Assembly: GCA_951406725.2 (NCBI GenBank)
Contig: OX597829.1
Coordinates: forward strand, 32,116,001 to 32,180,000
Origin: Octopus vulgaris
Taxonomy: Eukaryota
DNA: 64,000 nucleotides
Direction: 5' to 3'
The notes under the pieces are model-generated. The model had not been told where the DNA came from, made no database searches, and worked only from the letters and a program-made list of their open reading frames with translations. The position numbers were made by a program, and so were the translations under genes. How positions within the stretch are numbered: the first letter of the stretch is position 1; each line of letters starts with the position of its first letter. Of this stretch, positions 48,603-63,253 are shown piece after piece.

Positions 48603-51600
48603 ACCTGCGCTCTGAAATCCTATTTACAGTACCACAGGACAGAATCTTCAGTTACGATACAACCTTCCCATCAGATCCAGAAATTGGTACTCTGTGTACA
48701 TGTGTGTGTGTGTGCACATGCATGCATTTGCAACAGTCTAGTCCATGTTAAATCCATCAAGGAGGCATACATTACCATATGAAGATATTTCACTTGGAGG
48801 TGAAATAATAACACACACACATACACACAAAACTAATGGTAAGGCTTGATGAAGCTTACAACTGCATATTATGGGCTGTTTTGAATATCTCTTGGAAAAA
48901 GTATCAGAGACACTACCAGAAGCTTCTTCCATGTTACTGTGGAATCAGTGCTACTGTACAGGTCCACTGCTCAGGCACACACACACACCAAAAAGCTGGA
49001 GACGAGGTTCGATGGTGCTTACATTTGAATATTATGGGCTGTTTTGAATATCTCTTGGGAAAAGCATCCAACCAAATAACATTTGCATGGTAGCCTTCTT
49101 GTTAGTCATACAGTGGTTTAAATGCTTAAAATTCTATGCTACAATCACTCATCATCATTTGACATTTGTTGTCCATGCTGGGGGAGCAGCACCAGACTCC
49201 AGTCTGATTTGGCTTGGTTTTTATGATTGGATGTCCTTCCTAATGCCAACCACTTTACAGAGTGGCAACGATGAGTGCTTTTATGTGGCACCTCACAGGT
49301 GCTTTTACATGGCACCATCATGGGTACTTTACACCACTAGAAGGATCATCTTAACACTTCTGCCACAGGGTATGCATCTTCTTGAGTATGGCCAGGCACC
49401 AGGTATCTTGGTCCTTTGTCATCTCACCTGAAAGATTCAGCTTCCTGAGGTCATTCTTCAATACTTCATCCCATGTCTTCCTGGGTCTCCCACTTCCACA
49501 TATTCCTATTTATTTGTTGGTCAACTGAGCCAACAAGAGCCAAGTACCTTGACCATCAATGAAGAAATTAATTTATTTTATTGTGCAGGTGTGGCTGTAT
49601 GGTTAGGAAACTCACATTGCAACTGTGTGGTTTTGGGTTCAGTACTCACTGCATAACACGTCAGTCAAGTATCTTCTACTATAGCTCTAGGCCAATGAAT
49701 AAGTACCAATCAGACATAAAAAAGACCCATAAGTACTGGGGTCAATTTGTTTGACCAAAGAACCATCAAGGTAGTAACTTAGAATAGCCACAGCTCAATG
49801 TGATTGTTTAGCCTTTGGGTCAACTTTGATCAAGCATATCTATGATGAAAAGGTTCCAACCATGACCATCTCATCATGTTTGCAAACAATATATTGAAGG
49901 TCATCGTCTTTCTTCTAGCATTTTTTTTTAAGATGTTAGGGTGTGGCTTGGGGACCACTTGCCTTTTTATTCTAGCTGGTCAGACAACCATCAAATACAG
50001 GCCGCCTCATTGATTTGCATGATATGTATGTGTGTGTGTTGTGTTTGTGTGTGTATGTGGAGTGTGTGTGGGATGTTGGTGTCTGTGGGGAGACAGAGTG
50101 AGAGAAAGAGGGAGGAGAGAGAGAGAAAGAGAGAGGAGAGGGAGAGAGTGCATGTGTGTGTGTGTGTGTATGTGTGCGTGTGCGTGTGTGTGTGCGTGCA
50201 TGTGTGTGTGAGTAAGCGTTCTTTTCTGCTTCATAATAGCATATACATTTGAGGTGAAAAAAAAACCCAGTTGTTTTATGAAGCTAAACATTTACCTCTT
50301 TTGCACAGAGCAGAGAGAAGGAGGGAATGAACACACGCACGCGCACACACACACGCGCACACACACACACACACGTAAATACTGACATACAGGTAAATAG
50401 GTGGATGCACAGCCAAACAGATATTGTTGGCTAAGTTAGTAGCCAGACAAAAAGTCAAATAGGGAGAGGAAGAGACAGAGAGGTGAACAGAGAGATGAAC
50501 AAAGACATAGAAATGGTGGTGGTGGTGGTGGTGGTGGATGGATAAAAATGAGAAACTGCTTATAATCCTTCAAAATATGATATCCATTAGCAGTGGTTAT
50601 GGTAAGTCACCTCAAACATTAAAAATATTTAAAAGAAAGAATTAAAAAAAATGGAGTGAGAGAAGGAAAGGGAGAGTATGAAGAAGAGAGAGGGAGAAAG
50701 ATAGAGATGGAGGAGGAGGAGGAGAGAGAGAGAGAGAGAGAGAGATAGAAAATACAGTGAAATGAAATATGAATGGGATTAATGACTAAATCAGAATTAT
50801 AGCCTTATACTGTCATAATAACAACAACAAAGATTAAGGTAAATGTCATCATAAAACCATGCAATGTAGCAACCACCATCACTACTGCCGTCTCTGCTAC
50901 TGTAACCATTAATACTACTCCCCCCTTTGACAAGTTTACTGGGTTAGCCACCAACATCGACACCATCATCACCACCACAACTACTACACAACTGCTCTTT
51001 ACTCAACAAGTGTGGCTGAGAAGTTTGTTCACCACTACATAGTTTCAGGTTCAATCTCACTGCTTGGTATGTAACTTGGGCAAGTGGCTTTCTACCATAG
51101 ATCACCTTCAATTCCACCAAAGCTTTGCATGTAAAATGTGTAAGACAGAAACTCTATGGAAGCCCTTTGGAGAGGCCCACTCCTTCTTTCCCGTAGAGTG
51201 GAGGGTGGTGGTTAGACTTAATCCATTACTGGCTTAACATCAGGCCTACATTATCTAAAGCATTCTTTTCTAACATGCTGAGGGTGTCATTTGAGAAAGA
51301 TTTGGCTGTTATTTCTAGTAGGTTGGGTAACCACAATGACAACCCTCGTTAGTTTGTTCAGTTGTTGTTGTTGCTGTTGTTGTTGTTTAGACCCAGATCA
51401 GCCCTGATCCAGAAGACCAGCTATGACCAACTTATTTCAGTTATTCATAATGCAGCTAGGACTACATTATCTTGACTAATGTGAGCATTAGTGACTTGTG
51501 GAGTCACGTCATGTACAGGACAATTCCAACTATTGGCCAAATCCATTGTGAGGATCTCCCACACAACCCCACCATCATTAACAAGACAGAGAAAGGTTGT

Positions 51601-52311
51601 GTGACGTACAAGGCTGAGAGGGTTGAGGAAAGATACTTTCCTTTTTGGCCAAACCACCATTGGTTATTTTACATTCCATTTGGAAAGCAGAGTGCTTTCT
51701 CTTAATGAATTTATCAAAAGATGAACAATTCTGGTAAAAATGGTTAAAATTGGGGAACAACAGTTGGATGAGGTCTTGTACCTTCAGCAGTCAGGGTAAT
51801 TCTGGATTTGTTAAGTTTCTTGACTGGTCTTAATTGGAGGTTTTCCTGTATCAGGATAGCATTATATTTTGAATACTATGTATACTTTTATCTCATTTCA
51901 CACTCATCTCCCTTCTTTCTCCCCACTTTTCTATATAAACCCCAACACATATTGTAAACTATCCTTGTAATGTCACCCTCATTTCATGTCGCAGAGACAA
52001 ATAAAAGAAATAATTATCACATCATTGTTGTTTTTGTTAAAGGCAGAGGATTGGCAGAATCATTAATGCATCAGAAAATACGCTTTGTGGTATTTCTTCA
52101 GGTTCTTTAATGTCCTGAGTTCAAATCTCATCAAGACCAACTTTATCTTTCACTCTTTTGGAGATGACAAAATAAACTACTAATCACTTCACGTGCTCTC
52201 CAAGAATTACTGACCTTGTGCCTTAGAAACAACCATCATCATTATCATCATCATTGCCACCATGCTGTCACCACCACCATCATCATTATCATTATTATTT
52301 GATAGTTTGGA

Positions 52312-52708
52312 TAGGAGTGGCTGTGTGGTAAGTAGCTTGATTACCAACCACATGGTTCCAGGTTCAGTCCCACTGCATGGCACCTTGGGCAAGTGTCTTC
52401 TACTATAGCCTTGGGCCAACCAAAGCCTTGTGAGTGGATTTGGTAGATGGAAACTGAAAGAAGCCCATCGTATATATGTATATATGTGTGTGTATGTCTG
52501 TGTTTGTCCCCACAACATCACTTGACAACCAATGCTGGTGTGTTTATGTCCTCGTAACTTAGCGGTTCGGCAAAAGAGACTGATAAAAAAAGTACTAGGC
52601 TTACAAAGAATAAGTCCTGGGAGCGATTTGCTCGACTAAAGGCGGTGCTCCAGCATGGCCGCAGTCAAATGACTGAAACAAGTAAAAGAGTAAAGAAAGT
52701 AAAGAGTA
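52312..52708 (+). mobile_element. SINE family A
   Basis: Full-length match to 266-678. Confidence 0.92.
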
Positions 52709-53153
52709 ATGCCACTAAAGGCTGTTTTACACATACAATACACACACACACACACACACACAGAGGTTACAAAAACATGTGAAATTGAACACGACAAAGT
52801 TACATAAAACTGAAAAAGGACAAATATGTTATACAATATATGTGTGATACATGAAAAATTTATAAAAACATATAATCACTCTTCATTATCTCTACACTGA
52901 CCATTCTTTCATCCAGCAAGAGAAAGGTGTCAAAAAGCCAAGAAGCAATATCATTGCCAATGAACCTCATTGTTACTCATAATTTTCTGATCCAAATACT
53001 GGGGCACAGATGTATGTGGCCAGTTATGTGTCTCAGTATTTCTGTTTTAAGGTTGTCATCATCATCCCAAAACCACGCAGATAGTCCTGTAGGCCCTGCC
53101 ATACTCAACAGAAGGGATATTTTTTTTCCACTCATCTGACAGGGCCTCTTTAA

Positions 53154-53374
53154 CCCTTTCGATACCAACCCGGCTAAAACCAGCTCTGGCTCTGTAGTAC
53201 AAATGTCTTGCTTTCATAAGTTTTTAATTCAAATCTTCCACCAAGCCTTAGTCATAATTTATGTTCCTAACACTAGCTTAATGATAACTAAGATATTTTA
53301 CTAAATTCTTTGTCATATTTAAAGTAATTGAAAGAAACACAGAGCATCTCAAAATAAATACAGTAACAAAAGGG
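53154..53374. mobile_element. piggyBac-like MITE
   Basis: TTAA on both sides (53150-53153, 53375-53378); termini ccctttcgatac...gtaacaaaaggg. Confidence 0.85.
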
Positions 53375-53695
53375 TTAAACTATCCCCTCCAGTCTTTAGG
53401 TAACAGAGACAAAGAATGTTTTTTTTTTGTTTGCTTCCGTATGTGGCCATCAGGTAGGATGGCACTATCTTTCTAGCTATAACTCTTTCACAATGACTTT
53501 TTCTTTGTGGAAACAATCATATTCTGAAAGCTCGTGATGTTAGCAAACCTCTCAGTAACAGGTGAAGTGGTGGAAATGCATTCATTTGGTGGAGAGCGAA
53601 TATATATTTGTGTTAGTGTTTCACCATTGTTGTTGTACACATTAATTATCAGCATATTCAAATTAACCATTTTGGCTGATAAAATATTATTTTCT

Positions 53696-53798
53696 GTGTG
53701 CACCTTGGGCAAGTGTCTTCTACTATAGCCTCGGGCTGACCAAAGCCTTGTGAATGGATTTGGTAGACGGAAACTGAAAGAAACCCATCGTATATATA

Positions 53799-53887
<89 letters not shown>

Positions 53888-54103
53888 TTGTGCGGCCATG
53901 TTTGTCCCCCAACATCACTTGACAACCAATGCTGGTGTGTTTATGTCCCTGTAACTTAGTGGTTCGGCAAAAGAGACCGATAGAATAAGTACTAGGCTTA
54001 CAAAGAATAAGTCCTGGGGTCGATTTGCTCGACTAAAGGCGGTGCTCCAGCATGGCTGCAGTCAAATGACTGAAACAAGTAAAAGAGTAAAGAGTAAAGA
54101 GTA
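53696..54103 (+). mobile_element. SINE family A, 5'-truncated
   Basis: Starts at gcaccttgggcaagtg; expanded (TA)n(TG)n; (gtaaaga)n tail. Confidence 0.9.
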
Positions 54104-54483
54104 AACTGAATTCATTTTTTTTCTTTCTGTTTATGAATTGTGTTTTTTGATCAATGTCAATCTTTTAGTGAGAGAAAGTGATGCATGCATGTATGTATGC
54201 ATGCACACACACACACACACACACACACGCGCACACACACACACACACACACACATAAACACAAACACACACACAGAGGATATGTTATTTAATAACAGTT
54301 ACATTTAGCTTCACACAACTTCAAGTTTTGTAGGCTCATCAAACAAACTTAACTCTTCAAGTTTGTAGAACTGAATGGGGAGAAAACCAATATGGCCTTT
54401 GGTTATTGGTCAATACAGGTCACATGGTTGTATCAATTCTGCAGTGACAGCAGTTTCTGGTTCAGAATTTCTGGGACAGTATA

Positions 54484-55150
54484 CTAGGACGGGATGTTGA
54501 TGGGAACACTGTCTAGAGAGGGAGGCTCAATTTTCCAGTGGCAACAATTAGCTAGCTGGTATGCCTGTATATGTATCTGGTACATGTGCATATGCAACTG
54601 ATCTGAATCTGTGTGTGTGTGTGCATGTACGTACATGCCTGTGTGTGTGTATTTATGAGTGTTTGTGTATTGGCAGCACCAGATTGTTGGTGTATAGAAG
54701 CACGTGTACACTTGATGTGTGAACATATACTGGCTGTATATGTGTGTACATGCATGCATATGTGTTCGTTTGTATCATCTGTGCGTGGGCATTCAATTTC
54801 GCAACTGAGAAGTACTACTGTCTAGAAAAGCATATGTGTATATATGTGTGTGTGTGTGTGTGTGTATAGTTTACATATATGTGTGTGTACACACATGTAT
54901 GTTTCTGTTGTTTGCACACACACAAACACACACAGGTGTGTGAGTTCATATCAGATGTATGTGATTGTGCATGTGTGTGTGTGTGCATGCGCATGTATAT
55001 CTGGTGTGTGTACACATATAGGTATACTTAGAATGCAGATCTTGCATTTGGTGCATGTGCACACATAACTGCTCTATGTATGTGTGTGCAAGCTTGTGTG
55101 TATATGAGTGCTTGTATATCGGTGACATCAATTGATTGGTATATGTACGC
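54484..55150. repeat. Degenerate (TG/CA)-rich low-complexity tract
   Basis: Seen directly; gives only His/Thr- or Val/Cys-rich spurious ORFs. Confidence 0.85.
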
Positions 55151-55277
55151 ATGAGTGCAAACCAGAAGAGAAAAAAAAATTTGCATTCATTTTGTCTGAT
55201 AAAAAAAAAATCATCAAACTATCGGAGTAAGTAGACATAGAACTACACACTTCAAAATGAATATCAACAACAACAAT

Positions 55278-55548
55278 AGTGGCTTCAAATTTTGGCACAA
55301 AGCCAGCAATTTTGGAGGAGGGGATTAAGTCAATTTTATCAAACGCAGTGCTCAACTCGTACTTATTTTAATAACCTTTAAAGGATGAAAGGCAAAGTTG
55401 ACCTTGGCAGAATTTGAACTCAAAATGTAAAGATGGATGAAATACCACTAAGTTTCATCCAGCTTTTGCTGCCTTGATAATGATAATAATAATAATAATA
55501 ATGATAATAATAATAATAATGATAATGATAATAATAATGATAATAATA

Positions 55549-55619
<71 letters not shown>

Positions 55620-56135
55620 CCTTTCAACTGAAGGCACAGGCCTGAAATTTACAGGGGAAGTGGGGGATTAACTGATTACATTGACCCATGTTTCATTGGT
55701 ACTTAATTTATCGACCCTAGTATTTCACTGGAACCTAATTTTTCAACCCCAGTGTTTCACTGGAACTTAATTTATCAACACCCCCCACAAAGGGATGAAG
55801 GGCAAAGTCAACCTCAGCAGAATATGAACTCAGATTGTAATGATAGGGGAAATATGGCTAAGCATTTCACCCGCTGTGCTAATGGTTCTGCCAGCTCACC
55901 GCCTTAATAATAATAATAATAATAATCCTTTCTACTATAGACACAAGACCTGGAATTTGTGGGGAGGGGAACAGCTGATTACATCGACCCCAGTACTTGA
56001 TTGCTACTTAATTTATCGACGGATGAAAGATAAAGTCGACCGTGGAGGAATTTGAACTCAGAACATAGCAGCAGACAAAATACTGCTAAACATGTCACCC
56101 AGTGTGCTAATGATTCTGCCAGTTAGCTGCCTTTA
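55278..56135 (-). mobile_element. Tandem array of three SINE family B variants separated by (AAT)n
   Basis: Units at about 55278-55475, 55618-55905 and 55925-56135, each ending in gcctt followed by an (AAT)n tract. Confidence 0.82.
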
Positions 56136-56172
56136 TAATAATGATGATGATGATGATGATGATAACAATAAA

Positions 56173-56650
56173 CGATGGGCTACAGCAAATATTCTGCTTA
56201 ATACCACAGCTTTGCTTGTCAGTTGCTTGACCGTAACCAGTTGAGCATGTCCCCTTAGTGGCTGACAATATGTGCATCTCTGATCACAAGCAGAAATAGT
56301 GTGGGAACATCATGGATATGTATTGAGAGGAATTCTTTGGGTTTGAATAACTCACCCTTAGAAACAGAAGTGTTTTGTTCACCATCCTTAAACAACCGTT
56401 TTTCAGGGACCTTTTGAGCAGGATAGGCTACTCAACCTGAAGAAAATTCTAACTGGGACTCATCTGCAATGTCATGGGCTGTTTATCTTGATATGGGATC
56501 ACTATGTCATGCACAGATGGTAGTGATGCATGTGCCTGGTGTACCCTTATTAGATGGGTAGTCATATTAGATGGTAGATGAGTATATTGGGCTTCATATA
56601 TTTGTACCCCAGGGTCACTTTGATGGCCTCCATTGCTCTCTCACTCAATA
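56173..56650. repeat. Interspersed repeat family D, second copy
   Basis: Matches 44750-45190. Confidence 0.85.
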
Positions 56651-56659
56651 ATAATAATG

Positions 56660-56915
56660 TCTGCTGATCTATGTAGCTTTCCCAGGAGATTATTAGACCA
56701 ATGATAAAAAAAATGAGAAAATTATAAAATATGCAGACTTGAGAATAGATGTTGAGAGAATGTAGAATATGCAAACAAGAATTGGAGCATTTGGGTTGAT
56801 GATGAAAAACCTTCAGAAACACCTTGATACAATTGGAATCTCTCCCAACATGACAACATTGCAAAGGATATGTTTGGAAACAGCAAATATCCAGCAGAAA
56901 GTACTGTCTATCTGG
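56660..56915 (+). mobile_element. R4/Dong-like RLE LINE 3' fragment
   Basis: CLLIYVAFP...KYADLRIDVERM*NMQT..IGAFGLMMKNLQKHLDTIGISPNMTTLQRICL.TANIQQKVLS. Confidence 0.75.
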
Positions 56916-57134
56916 CTTGGTAGGAAGTCAGTTAAACAATCTGGAGTTAACAAGATCACTGTGCAAATGGAGGAGGAGGAAAAGGTGGTGGAGGTGGTGG
57001 TGGTGGTGATGATGATTGACTTTACCCTTCATCCTTTCAGGGTCAATAAAATAAGTACCAGTTGAGTACTGGGGTTGATGAAATCAACTTACCCTCTCCC
57101 CCAAAGTTGCTGACCTTGTGCCAAAATTTGAATC

Positions 57135-57216
<82 letters not shown>

Positions 57217-57356
57217 TCTAACACATGCATAAGGCCTCATATTTAAGGAAGGGTTTTTTTAAGGTAATAAAACCAAGTACATGCTAAAGAGTTATTTTAT
57301 TGACCCCCAACAAGGATGAAAGACAATGTTTACCATTGTAGGATTTGAATAATAAA

Positions 57357-57397
<41 letters not shown>

Positions 57398-57429
57398 TGA
57401 TGATAATGATAATAATAATAGTGATAATG

Positions 57430-57484
<55 letters not shown>

Positions 57485-58127
57485 TAATAATAATAATGAT
57501 AATCATGATGATAATAATAGTAAGTGAATAGGTGAATGACCTCATTAGCTCAATGAGAAATTATCACATTTCCCTCTCGGCTCTTTCTTTGCAATTGGCT
57601 GCTAACGTTTAATCAATGTCCTTTCATTATCAGATGTGAATGGCTTACGATATGGTATATAGAACAATGTTGGAAACACAGCCAAATAATATACTAGCAT
57701 GAACAATCAATAAGATACACATTCAAAGTGTGTGTGCGTGTGTATGTGTGTGTGTGAGTGTGTGAGTGTGTGTGTGTGTGTGTGTGTGCAAGCATATATC
57801 ATATGCAATAGTTACATATACAATGAGTGTATGTGTGTACATATGTGTTGTGTGTGTTTATGTATGTGTATATGTACACACACACACACATATATATAGC
57901 ATTTCATACACAGACACATTTATATGTGCCTATGTGTGTATGCATAATACTTACATGTACCCTATTTACACTGTTATACATTCATTTGTTCCTGATTACA
58001 CGCCTGGAATATCTTTTTTTTTTCCCTTTATGTTATGGTGTAGCAATTGTCCCCTATCTTCTACCACCACCTTCACTAACCACTGAACTGTGAAGCAAGC
58101 AGTGGAACCTGTTCCTTTTGTGTGTGG

Positions 58128-58176
<49 letters not shown>

Positions 58177-58417
58177 AAACATATATAGAGTGTCGTTTTT
58201 GTTAATAAAGGCAGAGTTATGTGCCTTGTTCAGGGGTACAATGTTACAGCAGTATTAATAAGGTTAGAACACATGAACCTTTAGATCAGTTCTTATCCTA
58301 TGCAAAGGTACTCCTTTTGTGAGTTCACAAAATGTCGCTACTGGGGTGGGGACACAAGGTTTAATATTTAAAGCAGGTACAATACTTTTATTTTAGACTT
58401 ATTTTCCAAACAATCTT

Positions 58418-58890
58418 CATCATCATCATTTAACATCCACTTTCCATGCTAGCATGGGTTGGATGATTTGACTGAGGACTGGTGAACTAGATGGTTGCAC
58501 CAGGCTCCAATCTTGATCTGGCAGAGTTTCTACAGCTGGATGCCCTTCCTAATGCCAACCACTCCAAGAGTGTAGTGGGTGCTTTTTACGTGCCACCAGC
58601 ACGGGGGCCAGTCAGGCGGTACTGGCAACGACCATGCTCAAATGGTGTTTTTTACATGCCACATGCACAGGAGCCAGTCCAGCAGCACTGGCAACGATCT
58701 TGCTCAAATGTTTTTTTCATGTGCCAGCAGCACAAGTGCCTGTAAGGCGATGCTGGGAACAATCACGCTCGAATGGTACCTCTTACGTGTTACCGGTATG
58801 GAAGCCAGTTAGCTGCTCTGGCAATGATCATGCTCGGATGGTGCTCTTAGCGCTCTACTAGCACAGAAGCCAATCATCGTATTTGATTTC
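58418..58890 (-). mobile_element. Family C retroelement with five diverged internal units
   Basis: Same 3' end and (CAT)n tail as 26041-26930; units of about 62-66 nt between 58575 and 58872. Confidence 0.85.
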
Positions 58891-58974
58891 AATCAACATT
58901 TAACATCTGTTTTCCATGCTGGCATTGATTGGATGGCTTAACAGGAACTGGTAAGCCTAGGGTCCACACCAGGT

Positions 58975-60480
58975 TCCATTTTTGAAATCTGCATTCAACA
59001 GTTTTATGGGCCTAAAAGTTTTCTATTTGATTCTCATTTTTCAGTCCTTTCTCAACAGTGCCAATGTTCCACAACTCATAGAAGTAGGAATTCTCCTATT
59101 TTGCTACCATTTGTTGTAGATATCTGCTAAGAGGCTACCAAACGAGTCTTGTTTGGCAGGCCATTGAAACCAGGTAATTTTCTCAAAACCCATCCTCTCC
59201 TGTGCAACCATTCATCACATCCTATATTTCTGCAGCTGTTATCAGCATTTTGCAACACTCCACCCCACTTGCCAATATTTGTGGCATGCTGTTGAAGTAG
59301 GCACTGAAGTCCATCCTATGTTCCAGACTGCCATTTGTACCAAACAGTTGGGCAAAGTGCTGTTGGGGTTCCTTGCATATCTGTTTGGGCTTGAGTACCA
59401 CACACCTAATTTAGTCCACCAAATTGTGGCTTTGTTACCACGTTGCATCTCTGCCACTTGGGTCCATCGAGTGGCTTTCATTCCATCCTTGTTTAGAGCA
59501 TGCACTTATCTCTGACAATGCATCTTTTATGATGGCAAATTAGTCTATGGTCAGTCTCACCATCAGCTCATTGGTTGCAATGCCTTCCCTAAGCACTTCT
59601 AAGTTTCCCTCTATTCTATCCATTTCTATCACTAATGCCTTACTAAACCCAATTGATTCTACTTGCCCTTTTCAAGGCAAACCACCATTTGTTGTTGATG
59701 ATTGACCTCTATCAATGCCTACTTAACTAATTCACTAATCTGATCTCTGTAAGCTTGGCATGCTGCGAGGATGTGTTCAGCTTCCAGTAACCAGTTCCCT
59801 GCCTACAAAGTCTATCTAAGTTGACTGTGCAGATCACAAATTTGTGGTCTGTGTAGCCAATGATTTTAAAAAGTGGACAACTTATACTATCCTTATCTAC
59901 AATCATATATTTCTAAGCTGATGGTCTGGTTGACTGATGTGGGTGAGGCTTATCTCAGTTGCAATGGTGTATGTGTTATCATTGCTTTCCTCAGGTGTGG
60001 TAGCAATGCTTGCTGATGATGTTATTAAACAGATCTCTCTGTTGTTGTTTTGGATGCTGCTACTCTTCGCGTTGATGTTGTTGGTGGTGGTGCTGCTGCT
60101 ACTGTTGCTTTGTTGCTGTTGTTGTTGTTGTGTTAGAGGTGTCTACAGCAGTGGAATTTTTTTTCTTTGTATGGAGCAGAAAGCCTTTAAATGGTTTGTT
60201 TTGTCACAAACGTGACATCTCAGCTTTGTGTCCCCTACTGCTGTGTTCCATTAGGGATATTGATCAGGTCAGGGATGATTTTGATACTCTCCAAATTGGT
60301 GTGTAACCACAATTCCATGCCTATACTTGACCAATTCTCCTTTCCCTTTTTGTGGACTTGCAGAATATGTTTTGTTCACTCTACCAGCAAAGGTGGCACC
60401 TCTGCTACCTTTATTTTGACAACCTTCCAATCACAGTATGTCTCAGTTAGCCATATTGCCTCACTTTTGTGGGTTGTTGT
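58975..60480 (-). mobile_element. Degenerate L1/Tx1-clade LINE (endonuclease end and RT start; upstream extent uncertain)
   Basis: IGYTDHKFVICTV (APE SDH motif) near 59830-59860; FGSLLADIYNKW..RIPTSMSCGTLALLRKD..FRPIKLLNADFK near 58980-59150. Confidence 0.75.
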
Positions 60481-62937
60481 TGCACTTTCTTTGGCTAATT
60501 CTTCAATTGAGAATCTTACCTGAACTGTATTTAAGCATCTCTCATGGACAACATAAGTTTTTAAACCCCAGCCTGGTCACAGTATTGTTGCAGGCATTGC
60601 TGTTAAAACACAAAGAGCCGGAACCAATACTGCTGGGCACCATGTTCAACACTCTAACCATTCCACTAACCCCTACCCTAAATTGCTGTGATTATGTTAT
60701 TGATCCCAGAAGAAAAATGAAAGGGAAGTTAGGGTTTCTTCTCTAAATGTTTAATAGAGTTAGCTATGATATTTAGGCCATCAACAAACAGGAGTCCTCA
60801 AAGACTTTTCTATTGTGGCCAGAGGAACAGAAGTAGACTATCAACATAGGAGCACTCACAGACAACCAGCTTCAAACTCTTACATTATTGCTGGAGCCTA
60901 TCATCAACTGTATAAGGAGAAATCTTCCCGCTATTCTTTAGTAAGGTAGGTTTGCATGGTCAAGTTCAGATCTTATCAGAAAGCAAGTTCATTTCACAGC
61001 TTTTGACACATTACATCTGTTCCTCTCCTCCAGCAGAAGGCATGTCATGTATTTGCTTTCCTTTTATACACTGCATACATCACCATGCACCAACTGCATG
61101 AGAAACGTTATATATATTTTCTGACAGTATCATTCAAGATATAGTCCATCAAGCTCGCCATGTTAATGCTTTTTAACGGGTTGAATAAATCGTCACATTT
61201 AATCCTGGTTTTCTCATTCTTCCTTTATCTATACTCACACCAGCATAATTTATCAATGCAACTCCACCCTGTTAAAAATCCATTGCCCAGTTTATTACCA
61301 CCACCTGGTCGTACCTTAGCAATCTTTAACAGACTCCACTCTACTACAAGCATTCAGGACAAGGTTCCAGTTTGATATACCTTCTTCCCTCCCATCTCTC
61401 ACCAGTCTTGTCAGTTCTGTAAAGGTCATGGGTTGGGTACTATTTTCCCTTCTGGCTAAAAGAAACAGAAAAATATTTCTCTTCCCCAACTATTTGTGCC
61501 ATAATTCTTTCTATTACTTTCCTAACTTGGTCCAGCTATTCTATTAGCACTGCACTTACAACTGCACTATCAGTGTCTTATTATGTGTTCTATGTTCATT
61601 CTTTTTAAAATTCACCAATTGTTATTACAACCTGGGTCACAAAGGAGTGTTGATGCATTGTGCTTACACTCACACCAGACTCCAGACAATATAATAAAAC
61701 AATCACAGATGTCCCTTCAATGTACAAGACTAAGAAGCAACCAATATACAAGGAATGTATAAGACTTGAAAAAGTGAAGGAAAGAACTGGCAATAAAAAT
61801 TTACTTTAAAAGAAACAGTCAGGACAAAGTAAATGGAATTCCTAGGAGAAGCATTTTCAGCAATCAAAATTTGCCTCATTGTCAAAAATGTTTTTATTAT
61901 TATTATTATTATTATTATTGTTGTTGTTGTTGTTGTGTTCTTTTACTGTATTTTAGTTATTTTAATGTTTAATAGCTTTCATATGACTAAAAGAAATATA
62001 ATTGTTTTAACAAAAACAAGACTAAGTCTGTAGTCAGATGTTAACTGCTTAGCTTTTGGTTTTTATAAGTTACCAATAACTGCTGTCTACATTTCCCTGA
62101 GCTAATATGAAGAGCTTGTATCTGGTCATTCAATCTGCTAGAAATAGAAGCTAAAATCCCTTCAAATTATGCTTAACCATTTTAGAAAAGAACATTTTGG
62201 GTAAAGTGGTCTTGGGTTCACTGCATACAGGAAGGAAATCGGACGGGTAAGGCTGAAATGTCTTTGGTCGTAAGTCTACTCATTCAAAGTTGACTTGGAT
62301 TTAAATAACAGTAGAAGTGACAGAAATGGTAGCATATCAGACCAAATGGTTTACAATATTTTTTCCTGTACATTCTGAGTCATAAATTCAGCAAAATTCC
62401 ACTCATCCTTTCATTTTCTCTGTCAACTGGGGGAAGGGGAAGGGATCGTAGGGTAGAACCTCCATAGGGTCCTATCAGAAGCAGCTACCATTAGACTTCC
62501 CAACTGGATTCCTCTACTGTAGCCCTACCCAGTCAAAGAGGATCTTAGTTGTGCAAGCTATATAGTAACCTCACTAGTGCTGGTGCCAGGAACAAAGCAC
62601 ACAGTACACTCTGTAGACTGGATGGTGTTAGAGAGGGCATGGAAATTATACTGACCAGACCAGTGAAGCCTGACATGGTTCTTCAATTCAACAGATCCTG
62701 TCAAACTGTTCAACTTATGTCAGCATGGAGGCAGACATTAAAAGATGATGATGATGATGATAAGACCACAGAACACTATACTACACTGTATCAATAATGG
62801 ATATATCATTACTCTGCATCATACTATACAGCACATTATACTACAGTGTACAATACTAAACAGCATGAATATTATGCACTTCACAAACAATATTAATGAT
62901 GCATACATCATTACTCTGTACTATACTATATAGTATA

Positions 62938-63253
62938 TGGTGGATGCGCAATGGTCCAGTGGTTGGGCAGTGGACTCATGGTTGGAGGATCGCGATTTCG
63001 ATTCCCACACTGGGCGTTGTGTGTGTTTATTGAGCGAAAACACCAAAAAGCTCCACGAGGCTCCAGCGGGGGGGGGGGGGCAACCCCTGTTGTACTCTTT
63101 CGCCACAACTTTCTCTCACTCTCTCTTCCCGTTTCTTGAGTAACGCTGCGATGGACTTGCATCCCGTCCAGCTGGGGGGAACACATATGCCACAGAAACC
63201 GGGAAACTGGGCCCATGAGCCTGGCTAGGCTTGAAAAGGGCGACAAAAAAAAA
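62938..63253 (+). mobile_element. tRNA-derived SINE with Meta/V-SINE-like domain, inserted in a decayed (TACAC)n-like tract
   Basis: Head tggtccagtggtt...ttcgattccc; gcgatggacttgcatcccgtccag domain; A-tail; atatagtata is repeated on both sides. Confidence 0.8.

Noticed and set aside
51440-52010. Possible L1/Tx1 3' end with AATAAA
   Set aside because: Only weak, frameshifted similarity; I could not support a family call.
52977-53168. ORF containing GLSAWFWDDD as the missing AtuA first exon (GFWGD)
   Set aside because: Only superficial similarity, no suitable phase-1 donor after the motif, and the ORF starts inside a MITE.
59937-60215. Hydrophobic Leu/Cys-rich ORF resembling a membrane protein
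   Set aside because: Derived from a (TGT/TGC)n tract within the LINE remnant on the opposite strand.
61605-61793. Minus-strand ORF with IGCF and a nearby gtgagt donor as an upstream exon
   Set aside because: No SGFWGD motif or other recognisable homology.
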